NCBI GenBank assembly: GCA_963708075.1
Contig: OY970194.1
Location: 2,400,001 to 2,464,000, forward strand
Source: Sedimentisphaerales bacterium
GTDB lineage: Bacteria; Planctomycetota; Phycisphaerae; Sedimentisphaerales; Anaerobacaceae
Direction of reading: 5' to 3'
DNA: 64,000 nt
Shown: positions 20,500 through 31,100 of the stretch, piece after piece
How positions within the stretch are numbered: position 1 is the stretch's first letter
Layout of the letters: every line of letters begins with the position of its first letter
The notes under the pieces: model-generated
Databases searched by the model: none
Told to the model about the DNA's origin: nothing
Seen by the model: the letters and a program-made list of their open reading frames with translations, nothing else
Program-made: the position numbers and the translations under genes

Positions 20500-23250
20500 T
20501 CAGGCAAGCGGTTTCCCGTCGTTGAGGGCCTCATACGCGGTGATGTACCTCGCGACCATATTATCCAGACTCCAATTGTGCCTGGCCTCCCTCATGATCC
20601 TTCTTGCCTGTTTTTCCCACTCCCTCGGATGCTCGTGAAAATACCTGTGGTTCTGAACGGTTGCCTTCAGACCCCACCACAGGCCGGCGGCATTATAGTC
20701 ACGGAACAGGGTGCCATTGCCGCTGTCGATCGGGGCACCCCACGCCCGCAGGCTCAGTGGCTTGATCTTGTCACTGTACCCGCCGGTATCCCGGTTGGTG
20801 GCCGTCGCGCCGTAGAGGTTACCGACGACATCAATCTGGCCGAATGGCTCATAGAGCGACGCCCCGAACACGTCACTGGCTGCCGCATACCCGAGAATGC
20901 TGAGGTTCTGGTCGAAACGATGATAGGTGATCCGCCCCTGCGAAGCACACGCGATCCGGCCCATGATGTCCGCGTGTGTCCAGTCCCCGCCCACGGGGTC
21001 GCCCACGACCGCAATCTGCACGCCCGGATGCTCGTCAACAAACCGTTGGGCGATCTCCTCGATCAGCTCGATCCCCTTCTGCATAAGATCGAGCCGGGAG
21101 GGCCAATATAGAAGGATCGCCTCCGGATCGACGTTCAGGCCCATCCTCTTCTGGAACTTGACCAGATTGAGTCTCTTGGCCTCAACGATATCGTCGTCGG
21201 GGCCGAAACACCTCGCCAGTCCCGGCTTGTCCACCTCCGGATTCTCCTCCTGGTTCTCCGGGTACACGTCGGGCGAAATGCCATTGGGGATCACCAGCGC
21301 GGAACGATTCACATACTTGACCTTCGTCTCCTCGCGAACGCTCCAGGGGATGATCGGCCGGTCCAGGAAGTAGTCCCCCACCACCTCCTTCAGGAACCTC
21401 TCCCCCACGTAACTGATCCTCGTCGCGCTCTTGATCGCGGTAGCCTGGCAATCCACACACTGCTGCTGGGATTCGAAGGAGATGTACATCGCACCCCAGA
21501 GTTTCGCCAGGTTCACGCCGTAGAACATGTCCAGCGGCACGTGTCCCGTGTGCGTGTTGTGGACCGTGTGCAGGACCGGCACGCCTCGCATCTTGGCGTA
21601 TGCCACAATGACCCCGCCCGCCATCCAGTCATTCGTGTGCAGGATAGCCCGGCCTTCATACTGGCTGCGGATCTCCTTGAGGTACGTATTGACCACCTGC
21701 TTCTGGAATTCCGCCGCGTTGGCCAGAGGCGAGCCGTCGTAGGCGCTGCGATAGCCCTCGAAGATGGCTGAGCTGACCAGGTGCACGTTCTCGGGATTGA
21801 GCTGATGCCGCTTCTGGATCCATTCGCTCTCGCTGAGACCCGCCTCCTCCCGAAACCGGGTGGCCAGGTTGATCGTGACCAGGTGCACCGGAATCGCCCG
21901 GATCGAGAGCCCTTTGCACAACGCGGAGATGACGTCCCCCAGTCCGCCGCTCTTGCCGGAGACGTATTTGGCGAATTGCCCCATTCCTTCCGAGGGTAGC
22001 CTGGCCGTCTCGGGCGTGATGATAATCACCGGCGTTCGTGTGCTCCGCGTGAGGATGTTAAAGCTCTTGACGTTGTGAGACAGCTCGTCGGCGGCGTGGG
22101 TCAGCGTGTAGGCCGCTGTGGCCACCGAATCATACGGATTGCGATCGTGCTCGGGCGAATTGCCATTGCGGCCCTCGCCGTTGAGATACAGCAAGTGATC
22201 GGCCGTGGTCAAATAACGGAACTTGTGCAGAAGGTCGCCCCCCGCCCGCCTCGCCTCCGGCTCCAGGTTCTCCAGGCTCCGGAAGAGCACCTGCTGCGCC
22301 CGTGAGCTCAGGAATGCAAGCGTCTCCGGAGCCCCGGACTGGTCCGGGCGCTCCGGCTCGGCGCAGTCCACCATGGGGCAGCTCGTGATCTGAAACCATT
22401 CCGCCACCTCGGTCGGGTTCGCCGGCACGATATCCATGTACTTGGGGAACTCCTCCGGCAAACCTCGCCAGAACTCCTCCACCTTGCGATACGGCAGCGT
22501 CCCCTGCTCCACGAGCGGGAAGTCGCAGACAAGCACAACAATCTCGCCGCCCACCTGATGAATGAGATCGGCGTACTCGCCGGCGGTCGGGAACACATCG
22601 CCGGTTGTCGCCGACAGCCTCCGGCTGAGAAAGGCATTGCGAGGCAGCACGGCCAGTTTGCGAGGTCGGCCCTTCCTGCCTCGCACCCGATAGACCGCGT
22701 TCACAGCCGCCGGCTTGCGATCCCGCACGTTCACGATCCGATCGCACAGCTCGCACAGAATCGCCGTGAAGCCCATGTCCGCCACGATGTTGGCAACCTC
22801 GTTATCGTACAACAGGCCCGTATTCGCGAACGCCGTCGGCTTCACCCCGAAGATGCTGCTCATCTTCTCCCGATGCAGCGCAACCTGCTCCTTGAACTCC
22901 GTTTTCTCAGGGTCAGGGAAGAAGGACACAAGTGAATGGTAATACGTTTCCTCCAGAAACTCGACCTGCCCCTGGTGGCTGGCGGAATGCTCCAGCTCCC
23001 GCAACGCATCGAGGACGGCCGGCTCGTAGAGGTCGGCCTGCTCCAGGAAGGTCCCCGAGATGCTGAAGCTGACCTTGAAGTTGGGGTGCTCCCTGACAAG
23101 CTCCGTGAACATCCGGGTCAGGGGTAAATAACATCGCTCCGCTCCCTGCTGAAAGATCTCGCTGTTCTTCTGATCCCAAAGGAAGGTTGCATCATCCGGG
23201 CTCAGTCGAAACGGCTGGTGCAAGCGCAGGCATACAGTCACCAGAGGCAT
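20500..23250 (-). CDS. glgA: Fusion of an N-terminal GH57 (alpha-amylase-like) domain and a C-terminal GT5 glycogen/starch synthase
   Basis: GH57 motifs HQPFRL, FSISG.FLEQ and ETYYHSL. GT5 motifs KSGGLGDV, H.NDW, T.HN, I.NGI, R...QKG and SLYEPFG. One continuous ORF. Confidence 0.85.
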   Translation of the reverse strand: MPLVTVCLRLHQPFRLSPDDATFLWDQKNSEIFQQGAERCYLPLTRMFTELVREHPNFKVSFSISGTFLEQADLYEPAVLDALRELEHSASHQGQVEFLEETYYHSLVSFFPDPEKTEFKEQVALHREKMSSIFGVKPTAFANTGLLYDNEVANIVADMGFTAILCELCDRIVNVRDRKPAAVNAVYRVRGRKGRPRKLAVLPRNAFLSRRLSATTGDVFPTAGEYADLIHQVGGEIVVLVCDFPLVEQGTLPYRKVEEFWRGLPEEFPKYMDIVPANPTEVAEWFQITSCPMVDCAEPERPDQSGAPETLAFLSSRAQQVLFRSLENLEPEARRAGGDLLHKFRYLTTADHLLYLNGEGRNGNSPEHDRNPYDSVATAAYTLTHAADELSHNVKSFNILTRSTRTPVIIITPETARLPSEGMGQFAKYVSGKSGGLGDVISALCKGLSIRAIPVHLVTINLATRFREEAGLSESEWIQKRHQLNPENVHLVSSAIFEGYRSAYDGSPLANAAEFQKQVVNTYLKEIRSQYEGRAILHTNDWMAGGVIVAYAKMRGVPVLHTVHNTHTGHVPLDMFYGVNLAKLWGAMYISFESQQQCVDCQATAIKSATRISYVGERFLKEVVGDYFLDRPIIPWSVREETKVKYVNRSALVIPNGISPDVYPENQEENPEVDKPGLARCFGPDDDIVEAKRLNLVKFQKRMGLNVDPEAILLYWPSRLDLMQKGIELIEEIAQRFVDEHPGVQIAVVGDPVGGDWTHADIMGRIACASQGRITYHRFDQNLSILGYAAASDVFGASLYEPFGQIDVVGNLYGATATNRDTGGYSDKIKPLSLRAWGAPIDSGNGTLFRDYNAAGLWWGLKATVQNHRYFHEHPREWEKQARRIMREARHNWSLDNMVARYITAYEALNDGKPLA

Positions 23251-23537
23251 CGTTGCCAACTCCTTAAGATGCTCAGCGTCACAACTGCGGATGAATACAG
23301 GTCAAAACTACACGGACTACTTTACCCCCGTGTATTCGATCTTGCAAGCCCGAACTGCGTCCGGCATTACCGATGCATGGGTAATCACCGGTCATCCTGC
23401 AAAGGCCGGCGGCGGATGCGCCCGGAAGCTGCGGATGCGAATGCGCCAGCGGGCTCTCTATCGGACCAAGCACGCGTCCCGCATGTGATTGCCAGTTCCC
23501 CCGCCGCTGAAATTGTGGCAGAAAATCTCTTGCAGAT

Positions 23538-24389
23538 TCACGGCTTGGTTTCATTCGCCCTGGCGGAAGCATTCTTCTTTGCTCTGTGCAGCAATTTGTA
23601 CGCCCAGTCCTCGAAGAACAGAGGATAAAGATTCATTTTCTCCGTCGCCAGACGCACCCCCATGCGAGTGAGCAGATGCTTGACTTCCTCTTTGTGATCC
23701 GGAAACTGGGCGGTGAGCTGCCTCTTGTACAGCCGCCGCAACATGCGACGCCTTTCATCCTTGACCTCTTCGTCCTTGCCCGCAGCCCGGAAGAAGCGGC
23801 GGATCTTGTCCAGCTTCATGTTCTCCGTCTTCTGCAGGTAGCGGACCAGCCGGCGGGGAACCTCATCGGGAATCACGAAATCCTCATCGATCCCCCTCGT
23901 TTCCAGCTCGTTGGGCTCGTACTGAAGGAACGGGTCGAAGAAGAACACGGCCGGATAGTAATCCACGCGGTGCGAACCCAGGTAAGAAACGAAAACGTCC
24001 ATGCTATGGCCGTTTTGAAACAAGGTCACCGGCCCGTCGCCGATACAGATGCTGTAGCATAGCTTGTTGAAATCGCGCCGGTTGTAGCCGACGATGGCAT
24101 TGAACGGCCGCCGAAGCCTTGGCAATGTCACCCGCCGCACGTCGAAGATGATCAGCCGCGAGGTGGTCGTATCCTTCGCCATCTTCTCGACCTGCTCCAG
24201 GGCGCCGCGGACGCTCGTCGCGTCGGGCCGGATCACGGCACAATGCTTGAACCGCTCATCCGCCCGGATTCTCTCGCGGACATCCGTGCCCAGGATTGGA
24301 TCGACCGTCAGTATGTGAATCTGGTCCCGCCTGTTAGGGTGGGTCAATATGTCCAGCTTGTTGTCGGTAAGATGGTAAGTGTCTTCCAC
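23538..24389 (-). CDS. Hypothetical protein (possible atypical receiver-like N-terminus)
   Basis: 283-aa ORF with codon usage like its neighbours; ILTVD and LIIFDV patterns. Confidence 0.65.
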   Translation of the reverse strand: MEDTYHLTDNKLDILTHPNRRDQIHILTVDPILGTDVRERIRADERFKHCAVIRPDATSVRGALEQVEKMAKDTTTSRLIIFDVRRVTLPRLRRPFNAIVGYNRRDFNKLCYSICIGDGPVTLFQNGHSMDVFVSYLGSHRVDYYPAVFFFDPFLQYEPNELETRGIDEDFVIPDEVPRRLVRYLQKTENMKLDKIRRFFRAAGKDEEVKDERRRMLRRLYKRQLTAQFPDHKEEVKHLLTRMGVRLATEKMNLYPLFFEDWAYKLLHRAKKNASARANETKP

Positions 24390-24537
24390 CGTCGCAAAAT
24401 CCTTCGCCTTGAGATATCACCGGTGCACAGAACCATTACGTTGCGGCTGTGCCACGGTTCACGCGGCCCGCATTGAACAGGGCAAGGGTTGGAGTGACTT
24501 GATGATAGTCGGCCCGCTGTCAGCAAGGTAGCCCCAT

Positions 24538-25341
24538 TCACCACCAGAAGCATGGGTTCTGATATATCTGCCATTTCCAGCGGTGCTGCATCTCCTCAAA
24601 ACGTCGCCACTCGCCGTGGCCATCTACGAAGAAGATGTTTCCGCCCGTGGCCTTGGTGCCTTTCTTCAGATGGTTGGACCTGTCATAAATCTGCCATCGC
24701 GTCCAGCAGCCGCCGATGGCCCGACTGAAATCGGCCGTGTCCCGGTTGGGCCCATCGCTTACCGTCACGTCCGAAATCAGCTCCACCATGGCGGGCGGCT
24801 GTTTTGTGCTGATGAGAGAACGGACCCACTCCTTGGGCTGGCCGTCCGGGCTCATAGGCGGGTGATCCCAGTGCCCACCAGTTGGCGTCGTGATATCAAT
24901 GAAGTAGTAGTAGCCCATGATCCGGTGAAAATCCTTGCGTTTCGCGATATCCGTGGGCTCAGGTGTGGCATAGGTTTCCGGCGTGCCGGCCGGGAGGTTC
25001 TCCCCGTAACGCCAGAAGATGATCCGATCCCGCTGGCTCCAGGAGGGGCAGTAGAAGATGTGCCGGTCGAACCCACCGCTCTGCATGAGGTAGTCTGCCG
25101 TCCAGTACGAGATATCGAAGAGCCAGCGATCCACCACCGTATTCATCGGGAGCTTGCCATCGTAATCATGGCCATACATGAACAGGCCCATGCCCATGTT
25201 CTTCTCGTTATGGGCACACGCGGTACGCCGGCCCTGCTCCCGCACCACGCTCAGCGCAGGCATGAGAATGCCCATTAACAGTGCGATGATCGCAATCACC
25301 ACCAACAGCTCTATAAGCGTGAAGCCTCTCTGGTTGCGCAT
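24538..25341 (-). CDS. Prepilin-type N-terminal cleavage/methylation protein (DUF1559 / H-X9-DG type)
   Basis: [26 protein letters not shown] and C-terminal NH...GNIFFVDGH. Confidence 0.92.
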   Translation of the reverse strand: MRNQRGFTLIELLVVIAIIALLMGILMPALSVVREQGRRTACAHNEKNMGMGLFMYGHDYDGKLPMNTVVDRWLFDISYWTADYLMQSGGFDRHIFYCPSWSQRDRIIFWRYGENLPAGTPETYATPEPTDIAKRKDFHRIMGYYYFIDITTPTGGHWDHPPMSPDGQPKEWVRSLISTKQPPAMVELISDVTVSDGPNRDTADFSRAIGGCWTRWQIYDRSNHLKKGTKATGGNIFFVDGHGEWRRFEEMQHRWKWQIYQNPCFWW

Positions 25342-25445
25342 GGCAAACCTCACTCCCGGATTGTCAATGACAGACGGCCGCCGCAGGCAATCTCACGCCG
25401 GCAGCATGCCCTATAGCATACCATTCCGACGGGAATACCCCAAGT

Positions 25446-25808
25446 CTAATCAGCGAATTCGGCGGATTTCCTGCCGCGCCGTCGCCGCCTTTGCTTCTGC
25501 TTGCGAATCTTCTCCGCTTTCGCCGCCGCCGGGCTCTCGTGGCCCAGGCTCTTGAGCTCCAGCAACTCGCACATCCGCTTTCTCGCGTAGTACCGGTTCA
25601 GCCGCTGGGACCGTTCCTGTTGCATCTTCACCTCCAGTCCCGTCGGCCCATGCCGCAGGTAGACACAACTGGAGGTCTTGTTGACCCGCTGCCCGCCCGG
25701 CCCGGAGGACCGGACGAACTTCTCCTCCAGGTCCTGCTCGCGCAGCCCCACCGCCGCCATCCGCGCCTCCAGCTCCGCCTGCTTCTTCTGCGTGACTCCG
25801 AAGTCCAT
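25446..25808 (-). CDS. Stand-alone GGQ release-factor domain protein (codon-independent peptidyl-tRNA hydrolase-like)
   Basis: RSSGPGGQRVNKTSSCV...H.PTG...ERSQ..N and a basic tail RKQKQRRRRRGRK. Confidence 0.88.
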   Translation of the reverse strand: MDFGVTQKKQAELEARMAAVGLREQDLEEKFVRSSGPGGQRVNKTSSCVYLRHGPTGLEVKMQQERSQRLNRYYARKRMCELLELKSLGHESPAAAKAEKIRKQKQRRRRRGRKSAEFAD

Positions 25809-26070
25809 CCTCTTCTACGCCTTCATTCCAAACTATCACCGTCGCCAGCACAACCCCGCGTCATATCCTGCCTGTCGGGTTATTCAATTATACCCTCATC
25901 CGCCATGGACTGCATAGTCCTCCCTCGTGACCCGCGGACTCACAACCGGTGACTGCTCTCTGTCTTTGACCCTGATTCCTGCTGACTCTCCCCTTGCCCT
26001 TTTGTCCCCTTCGGCCCTACAATCAGGAATAATGGCCACGCCATTCCAGGGCTTGAAAAGGAGAGTGGAA

Positions 26071-27570
26071 ATGAAGAGGCTCGACATGAGATGGGGTCTG
26101 GTGCTTGCTGTTTTGTGCATGGTAGCGATGGACTCGCAGGCAGAGACATCCGGCCAACGCAACATCATACAGATCGAGAATGAAAAGGCCGGGACGACGG
26201 ATTGGCTCCTGACGAAGATCAAGAGGGGGTCGGTGGCGCCTCGGTACGCTCCGGAGGATGAGAACTACGACAAAGGGTGGCGTCGGCGAAAGGAACTGGA
26301 GGGGTATTGCTCCCACACGAGCATCAGGGCGGGAGAAACCCTCGACGTTTACGTCAGCACCGATCCTGCCGATCAATACAAAGCCGAGATCTACCGCATG
26401 GGTTACTACGGGGGCAGCGGTGGACGGCTGATGCGAACGATAGGCCCCTTGCAGGGGGCCGTTCAACCCACGCCCGAGGACGGCCCCCGCCGTCTGATAG
26501 AATGCAAGTGGAGCAAAGGTTTCAGCCTTGAAATCCCGAAGGACTGGGTGAGCGGCGTCTATCTCGGCAAGCTCAGCACGCTCAAGACGCAGGCCGAAAG
26601 CTATGTGATCTTCATCGTGCGGGATGACCGCAAAGCGGATTTGATGTTTCAGTGCTCCGATCTGACCTGGTTGAGCTACAACCGGTGGCCCAATTGGCGG
26701 TCGTTGTACGATTTCGGAACGGATCCCTGGGGCGCGTCGAATCGAAGGCCCGGCAACGACGTGGGCTTCGATCGGCCCTACGCCATCTACTGGAACGGTT
26801 TTCCCGCCGGGTTCGAGCCGCTGACAAACGGTTCGGGCGAATTCCTGATGATCGAGTTCCCCCTGGCGTTCTGGCTGGAGAAGGAGGGCTATGACGTCAC
26901 GTACATCTCGAACGTCGACACACACGCGGATGGAAAAGGGCTGCTCCGAGGCAAGGGGTTCGTCTCGGTCGGCCATGACGAGTACTGGACGAAGCAGATG
27001 TTCGAGAACGTAACGAATGCGCGAGATGCAGGCGTGAGTCTCGCCTTCCTGTCCGGCAACAGCATTTCGGGAGAGGTTTCCCTTGGGCCGAGCACGGATG
27101 GCCGGCCCAATCGTCTGATCCGCAGGGTCGGCGGCTTCAGCGGCGAGCAGGCCCTGATGGGAGCAACGTCTTACGGCGTCGGTTTCGCGGATTGGACGTG
27201 CGGCGACCCAAACCACTGGGCGTTCGAGGGGACGGGAATGAAGAAAGGCGACCGCGTGGCCCAACTCATCGGCTGGGAGCACCACGGGCCCCCTCTGGCG
27301 CAGCACGAGGGTCTGGAAGTCCTGTCGAGCGGACCCGTCTACGGCTGGAACGGGGAATTGCGCAGCGCGACCTACGCGACGACCCTGTACCGGTGGAAGA
27401 AGGGCAACCTCGTCTTCAATGCAGGGACATGCTGGTGGAATATGGTGCTCTCGACGCCGCCCGGGTTCATGAATCCGCCCAAGAGATACTTCCTGCAGGC
27501 CGACCCCCGTATCCAGCGGATTACCCGGAACGTCCTCGACAAGATGATCTCCGCAAGCTTCGTGGAATGA
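26071..27570 (+). CDS. Secreted N,N-dimethylformamidase beta-subunit-like (DUF6605) protein
   Basis: Signal peptide, EIYRMGYYGG.GGR, TW.SYN.W, FDRPY, WLEKEGYDVTY, SVGHDEYW and AFLSGN motifs. Confidence 0.8.
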   Translation: MKRLDMRWGLVLAVLCMVAMDSQAETSGQRNIIQIENEKAGTTDWLLTKIKRGSVAPRYAPEDENYDKGWRRRKELEGYCSHTSIRAGETLDVYVSTDPADQYKAEIYRMGYYGGSGGRLMRTIGPLQGAVQPTPEDGPRRLIECKWSKGFSLEIPKDWVSGVYLGKLSTLKTQAESYVIFIVRDDRKADLMFQCSDLTWLSYNRWPNWRSLYDFGTDPWGASNRRPGNDVGFDRPYAIYWNGFPAGFEPLTNGSGEFLMIEFPLAFWLEKEGYDVTYISNVDTHADGKGLLRGKGFVSVGHDEYWTKQMFENVTNARDAGVSLAFLSGNSISGEVSLGPSTDGRPNRLIRRVGGFSGEQALMGATSYGVGFADWTCGDPNHWAFEGTGMKKGDRVAQLIGWEHHGPPLAQHEGLEVLSSGPVYGWNGELRSATYATTLYRWKKGNLVFNAGTCWWNMVLSTPPGFMNPPKRYFLQADPRIQRITRNVLDKMISASFVE

Positions 27571-27735
27571 TCGAGGTCGGGACAGAGACGCCGAACCGCC
27601 GCGCTGATATGCCGCTGTCACAGGTCCCGAATTGCCAGATCAACTCCGCTGGTCCGGTGACGATGTCACCCGTGCCGCGTGAGTCCGGACGCATAGGAAA
27701 ATCTTTTTTGGTCCGAAAAAAAATCCTCATGCATA

Positions 27736-27764
27736 TTGACGCCATGGACCGATAATAGTAAAGT
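27736..27764 (+). promoter_or_regulatory. sigma70-like promoter followed by a ~375-nt leader
   Basis: TTGACG-N17-TAAAGT. Confidence 0.45.
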
Positions 27765-28144
27765 CTCGCTGCTACAATTCAGTTGGGGGTGGCAGAAGAA
27801 ACCAGAAGCAGGTTGAAGGATCAACAGCCAAAGAGTCTTGTGAAGGAACAAAGCTGAGAGTGGGCCGCGATTCATCGGCGGGCGGTGCAACATGCCGCGA
27901 CAGCCGGTTGTGAATCTGCGGTCGGCTTGATGCGCGTGACGAGGACAAAGCTGAATATGGTTGGCCCTGAGAATACCTCTCTTACCTGTACTTGTCCTGC
28001 ATTGACTCCCCCGTAGGACAGGCGCAACAAAAACACAGCGCTTGCGCAAGCGACACAGCCGACTTTTGACACGATCGTTCAGAGCGTGGCGGTTTGGAGG
28101 CCGTCTGAACACAGTTTGTAGTTTGACTCTGTGGGTAGGTAACA

Positions 28145-31100
28145 ATGGTTCCAAGAAACACAAAGTATGTCATTTCAGCAGTATTGTGCATTCTCGGTTC
28201 ACAGGCGGTAAGTTCCGCAGCGGACTACTATGTCAATGCGGCCGGCGGCAATGACGGCAATAGCGGCCAGAGTTCCGCCGCGCCCTGGCGGACGGTCGCC
28301 AAGGTCAACGCCGTCAGCTTCGCCCCCGGCGACCGCATCTTCTTCGCCCGCGGCGGCATCTGGCGTGAGTCGCTGATGCCTCGCACCTCCGGCGTCGCCG
28401 GCAGTCCCATCACCTTCGGGGCCTACGGCTCCGGCGCCGCCCCGGTGCTCGCCGGGTCCAACGATCTGACCGGCTACACCTGGCGTAAGAGCGTCAGCGG
28501 CACCAACACGTACTACGGCTACGCCTCGGGGATCGAGCCGCCGGACGTGGTCTGGCTCAATGGCGCCCCTTGCACCCGGGGCACCGCCGGCAGCCTGGCG
28601 GACCATCAGTGGGATTGGAATAACCGCGATTCGCTGGGCTTTTCCACCGTCTACATCCGCGATGACTCCGGCATGCCCGGCGTCAGCGGCGTGCTCGTCG
28701 AATCCGCGGCCCGGGACTACACCGTCTTCGCCTCCGGCAAGAGCTATCTGACGTTCGAGAACCTGGAGGTTCGCCACACGGACGATTACGGCTTCAGCTA
28801 CGGCGTGATGCACTTCAACTCCTGCAAGAACATCACCATCCGCAACTGCACGGTCCATGACGTCACCGCCAACGGGATCAAGTTCATCGGCGCCGGCAGC
28901 GCCAATCACGTCATCCAGGACAATGTGGTCTACAATGCCCTGCCGCCGTGGAGCTATCCGTGCCTGATCAGCATGTTCGACACGAATACGGCGACGATCT
29001 CCCGCAATACGATCTACAACGCGGTCGGGCAGTGGGCGGTCGGCATGATGGTCCTGAACAGTTGCAGCAACCTGACCATCGAGCAGAACAACATCTACAA
29101 CTGCAACGGCGACCACGTATACCTGCGAGGCTACGCCTCCGGCAACACCGTGCGATACAACTACCTGCACGATGGGTCCGGCACCGGCGTGATGATCCGC
29201 GAAGGAGCCAGCAATAACAAGGTCTATGGCAACCAGATCGCGGAAACCGGTGCGGGCGTCTCCATCAACAACACCGGCGGCGCCACCAGCTATAACCTGG
29301 TCTACAACAACACCATTTGCAGCGAGGCCCGCAGCAACGGCGGTGGTATCGTCGTCGTCGGCGCCCACGCAGGCACCCAGATCCGCAACAACTGCGTCCG
29401 GACCAATGATGAGTATGCGCTCTTCTTCGATGCGGCGGCGGCCGGCGTGGTGACCTCGAACAACAACTGCGTGTACAACACCAGTTCATTCCGCCTGATC
29501 CACTGGGCCGGCGCCAATTATCTGATGAGCGGCTTTGCCACCTATCAGAGCGTCAGCGGCCAGGACCGCAACTCCATGGCCCGCGATCCGCTGTTCGCCA
29601 ACCTGGGCGGCCGCGATTTCACCTTCCAGAGCAGTTCCCCCTGCATCGGTACGGCCGTGGACCTGGGCGATACCTACCGTTATGACTTGGCGCCGGCAGC
29701 ACCTGGCCCAGTGGCGTGCGAACGCTCGATCAGCGCGCCTACGGCACCTGGGAGATCGGCGCCTACGTGTACGGCAGTGCGCCTGCCACTGGCTACACAC
29801 TGACGACCAGTGCCACCAACGGCACGATCACGCGTACGCCCAACCAGAGCAGTTATACCTCGGGCACGACAGTCACCTTGCAGGCGACGCCGAACAGCGG
29901 CTACGTATTCACCGGCTGGTCGGGCGATCTGACCGGCACGACCAACCCGGCCACGCTCGTGATGAACTCGAACAAGTCCGTCACCGCCAATTTCACCCCT
30001 GTGCCCAGCACGACGTACACACTTACCGTCAGTGCCACCAATGGCACAGTGACCAGAACGCCAAGCAAGACCAGCTACGCCTCCGGCGAAACAGTCACCC
30101 TGCAAGCGACGCCGAACAGCGGCTACACGTTCACCGGCTGGTCGGGCGATCTGACAGGCACGACCAACCCGGCGACGCTCGTGATGAACTCGAACAAGTC
30201 CGTCACCGCCAACTTCGCGGCCTCCACGGGCGGCACTACGACGAAGAAGGTAGGTACTACGACCGTGTTCTCGAGTGTCACGAAGGAGGCGAACCGCCGA
30301 GCGACGCCGTACACAATGGCCGAGACGGGGCAATTGCAGAGCATCAGCATTTACCATCAGGGTGGCTCCGGGCGGATGCTCCTGGGCGTCTATGCCGATA
30401 GTTCGGGCAAGCCGGGCTCGCGCCTTGGGATAACCAGTACCACTACGGTCAGTAGCATCAGAGGCTGGCAGACAGTGGCCTTGCAGAGCCCCGTGGCGGT
30501 GTCCGCAGGTCAGAAGATCTGGCTGGCATGGGTCTTTGAGCGTATTCCGGGGATTCGCTACACCAAGGGGACTCCGGGCCGGGCAAGTTCACCGGACCTC
30601 TGGCCGGGCGGCATGCCTGCCACCTTCGGCACGTCGACTCTGGGTAACTACATCTATAGCATCTACGCGACCTATGCCACAACGTCTACCATCAGCAGTG
30701 ATACTACCGCTCCCACGAGCGGGGCTGTAGGGACCACGACCGTGCTCTCAAGCATCACCAGGGATACCAACCGCCGGGCGATGGCGTACACGGCGCCTGG
30801 GGCCGGGCAACTGCAGAGCATCAGCATCTACCATCAGGCCGGCTCCGGCCAAATGATCCTGGGGGTCTATGCGGATAGCTCCGGCAGGCCGGGCTCTCGC
30901 CTTGGCGTGACCAGTTCCACGACCGTTAGCAGCACGACCGGCTGGCAGAAAGTCAATCTGCAAAGCCCGGTGGCGGTGTCCGCTGGTCAGAGGATCTGGC
31001 TGGCATGGATCTTCCAGAGCAATCCGGGGATTCGCTATGCCAGCGGGATTCCGGGCCGGGCCAGTTCCTCCGGCCTCTGGTCGGGCGGCATGCCCACCAC

